From NCBI RefSeq assembly GCF_042660085.1, contig NZ_JBHSTI010000022.1, positions 1 through 15,459 of the forward strand: a stretch of 15,459 bases of DNA, in the 5' to 3' direction. The notes beneath the pieces were generated by a model. It was not told the DNA's origin. It worked only from the letters and a program-made list of their open reading frames with translations, and searched no databases. This DNA is from Longivirga aurantiaca (GTDB lineage: Bacteria; Actinomycetota; Actinomycetes; S36-B12; CAIYMF01). Below are positions 14,829 to 15,459 of the stretch, one piece after another. Made by a program: the position numbers and the translations under genes. Within the stretch, counting starts at the first letter, position 1. Every line of letters starts with the position of its first letter.

Positions 14829-15391
14829 CGGCCGAAGTCGGTCACCTTCACCGGTATGCCGCTGCGGTCGTACGTCGTCCACTCGCGCACCTGGCGTCCG
14901 CGGTCGAAGCTGCCGCTGCGCATGAGCGACCCGTCCGCCCGCCACCACTGCCAGTCGCCGTGCAGCTCGCCGTTCTTCATCGCGCCCTTGGCCTTGAGGC
15001 CGCCGTCGGGGTAGAAGTCGCGCACCTTCCCCTTCGCATCCGGCACCATCTGCAGCTCGGTGAGCCTGGCCGCGACCAGCTTCTTCACGAGCGGCTTCTT
15101 CAGGGTCTCGCCCGCCGGCACCTTGATCGCACCCTTGGACGTCTCGTACGCCGACAGCGCGTCGCCGAGCGTCGCGACCACCGAGCCGCTGTGCGGCAGG
15201 TACGACCAGTGCTTCGCCGAGCCGGAGAGACCGGCCACGGCCGTGCCGTCGACGGTCCACGCGGGCGCGCCGTACGCCATCGCCTCCTCGGCCCGCGGCA
15301 GCAGACCGCCGAGGAGCGCCCGCATCGCGGTGAGGCTGCTGCGCTGCGGCTCGGGCTGCTGCGCGATGTACGCGTCCATCCCGCTCGTCAT
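14825..15391 (-). CDS. DUF1801 (YdhG-like) domain protein fused to MORN-variant repeats
   Basis: 188 aa. The N-terminal part (AYIAQQPEPQRSSLTAMRALL..AYGAPAWTVDG) looks like YdhG/DUF1801. The C-terminal part (GELHGDWQWWRADGSLMRSGSFDRGRQVREWTTYDRSG) looks like MORN-variant (YwqK-type) repeats. Its 3' end overlaps the RraB-like gene by 4 nt in convergent orientation. Confidence 0.8.
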   Translation of the reverse strand: MTSGMDAYIAQQPEPQRSSLTAMRALLGGLLPRAEEAMAYGAPAWTVDGTAVAGLSGSAKHWSYLPHSGSVVATLGDALSAYETSKGAIKVPAGETLKKPLVKKLVAARLTELQMVPDAKGKVRDFYPDGGLKAKGAMKNGELHGDWQWWRADGSLMRSGSFDRGRQVREWTTYDRSGIPVKVTDFGR

Positions 15392-15459
15392 GGCGCGACG
15401 CTACTGCGCAGGCACTGACGGGGAACAGTGCTGCCGACGCTGCGGTTGGATGTGTCCGT

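Noticed and set aside
15408-15434. Hairpin GCAG(G)CACTG-acggggaa-CAGTGCTGC upstream of the DUF1801-MORN gene
   Set aside because: It is a short bulged stem of a size expected by chance in this composition, and the window ends before its context can be judged.

Overview
High-GC actinobacterial-type chromosomal segment, judged from a mycothiol-dependent DinB-like enzyme, GTG/TTG starts and near-saturated third-position GC in the real genes. Gene content is mostly ordinary catabolism. (1) A partial TetR-like regulator, acyl-CoA dehydrogenase and enoyl-CoA hydratase form a start/stop-overlapped operon (2-2225). (2) An orphan LacI-family regulator (2607-3611) is flanked by two large non-coding gaps; the second holds what looks like a frameshifted or truncated ECF sigma relic (3694-3991). 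(3) An Fe-S type cryptochrome/photolyase-family gene lies at 4111-5580. (4) A 2-oxoacid (branched-chain type) dehydrogenase operon E1alpha/E1beta/E2 (5834-9329) is followed by an overlapping beta-lactamase-fold serine hydrolase (9310-10512). (5) The rest is a convergent DinB/MDMPI gene (10589-11434, minus), an acyl-CoA synthetase (11526-12953), a 150-aa acidic orphan (13032-13484), a C-N hydrolase (13615-14388), an RraB-like protein (14436-14828) and a convergent DUF1801+MORN fusion (14825-15391, minus). I saw no rRNA/tRNA, CRISPR array, transposase, integrase or recognisable defence genes. The most unusual signal is non-coding: a family of conserved ~50-bp imperfect palindromes with 20-22-nt arms, an invariant 7-nt spacer length and one compensatory pair, followed by a conserved asymmetric tail (ATCAGT, then GCG, then a G run). 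It occurs three times in full (4005-4066, 12954-13015, 13528-13590) and once as a 3'-half copy (5608-5680). All copies are in the + orientation in gaps between co-directional + strand genes, and two of them bracket the acidic orphan ORF. A separate, unrelated 62-nt near-perfect hairpin fills the convergent gap at 10519-10580. I cannot assign the repeat family to any element I know. The competing readings are a REP/MITE-like repeat, a shared operator, or a terminator/leader RNA, and none can be settled from this window alone.
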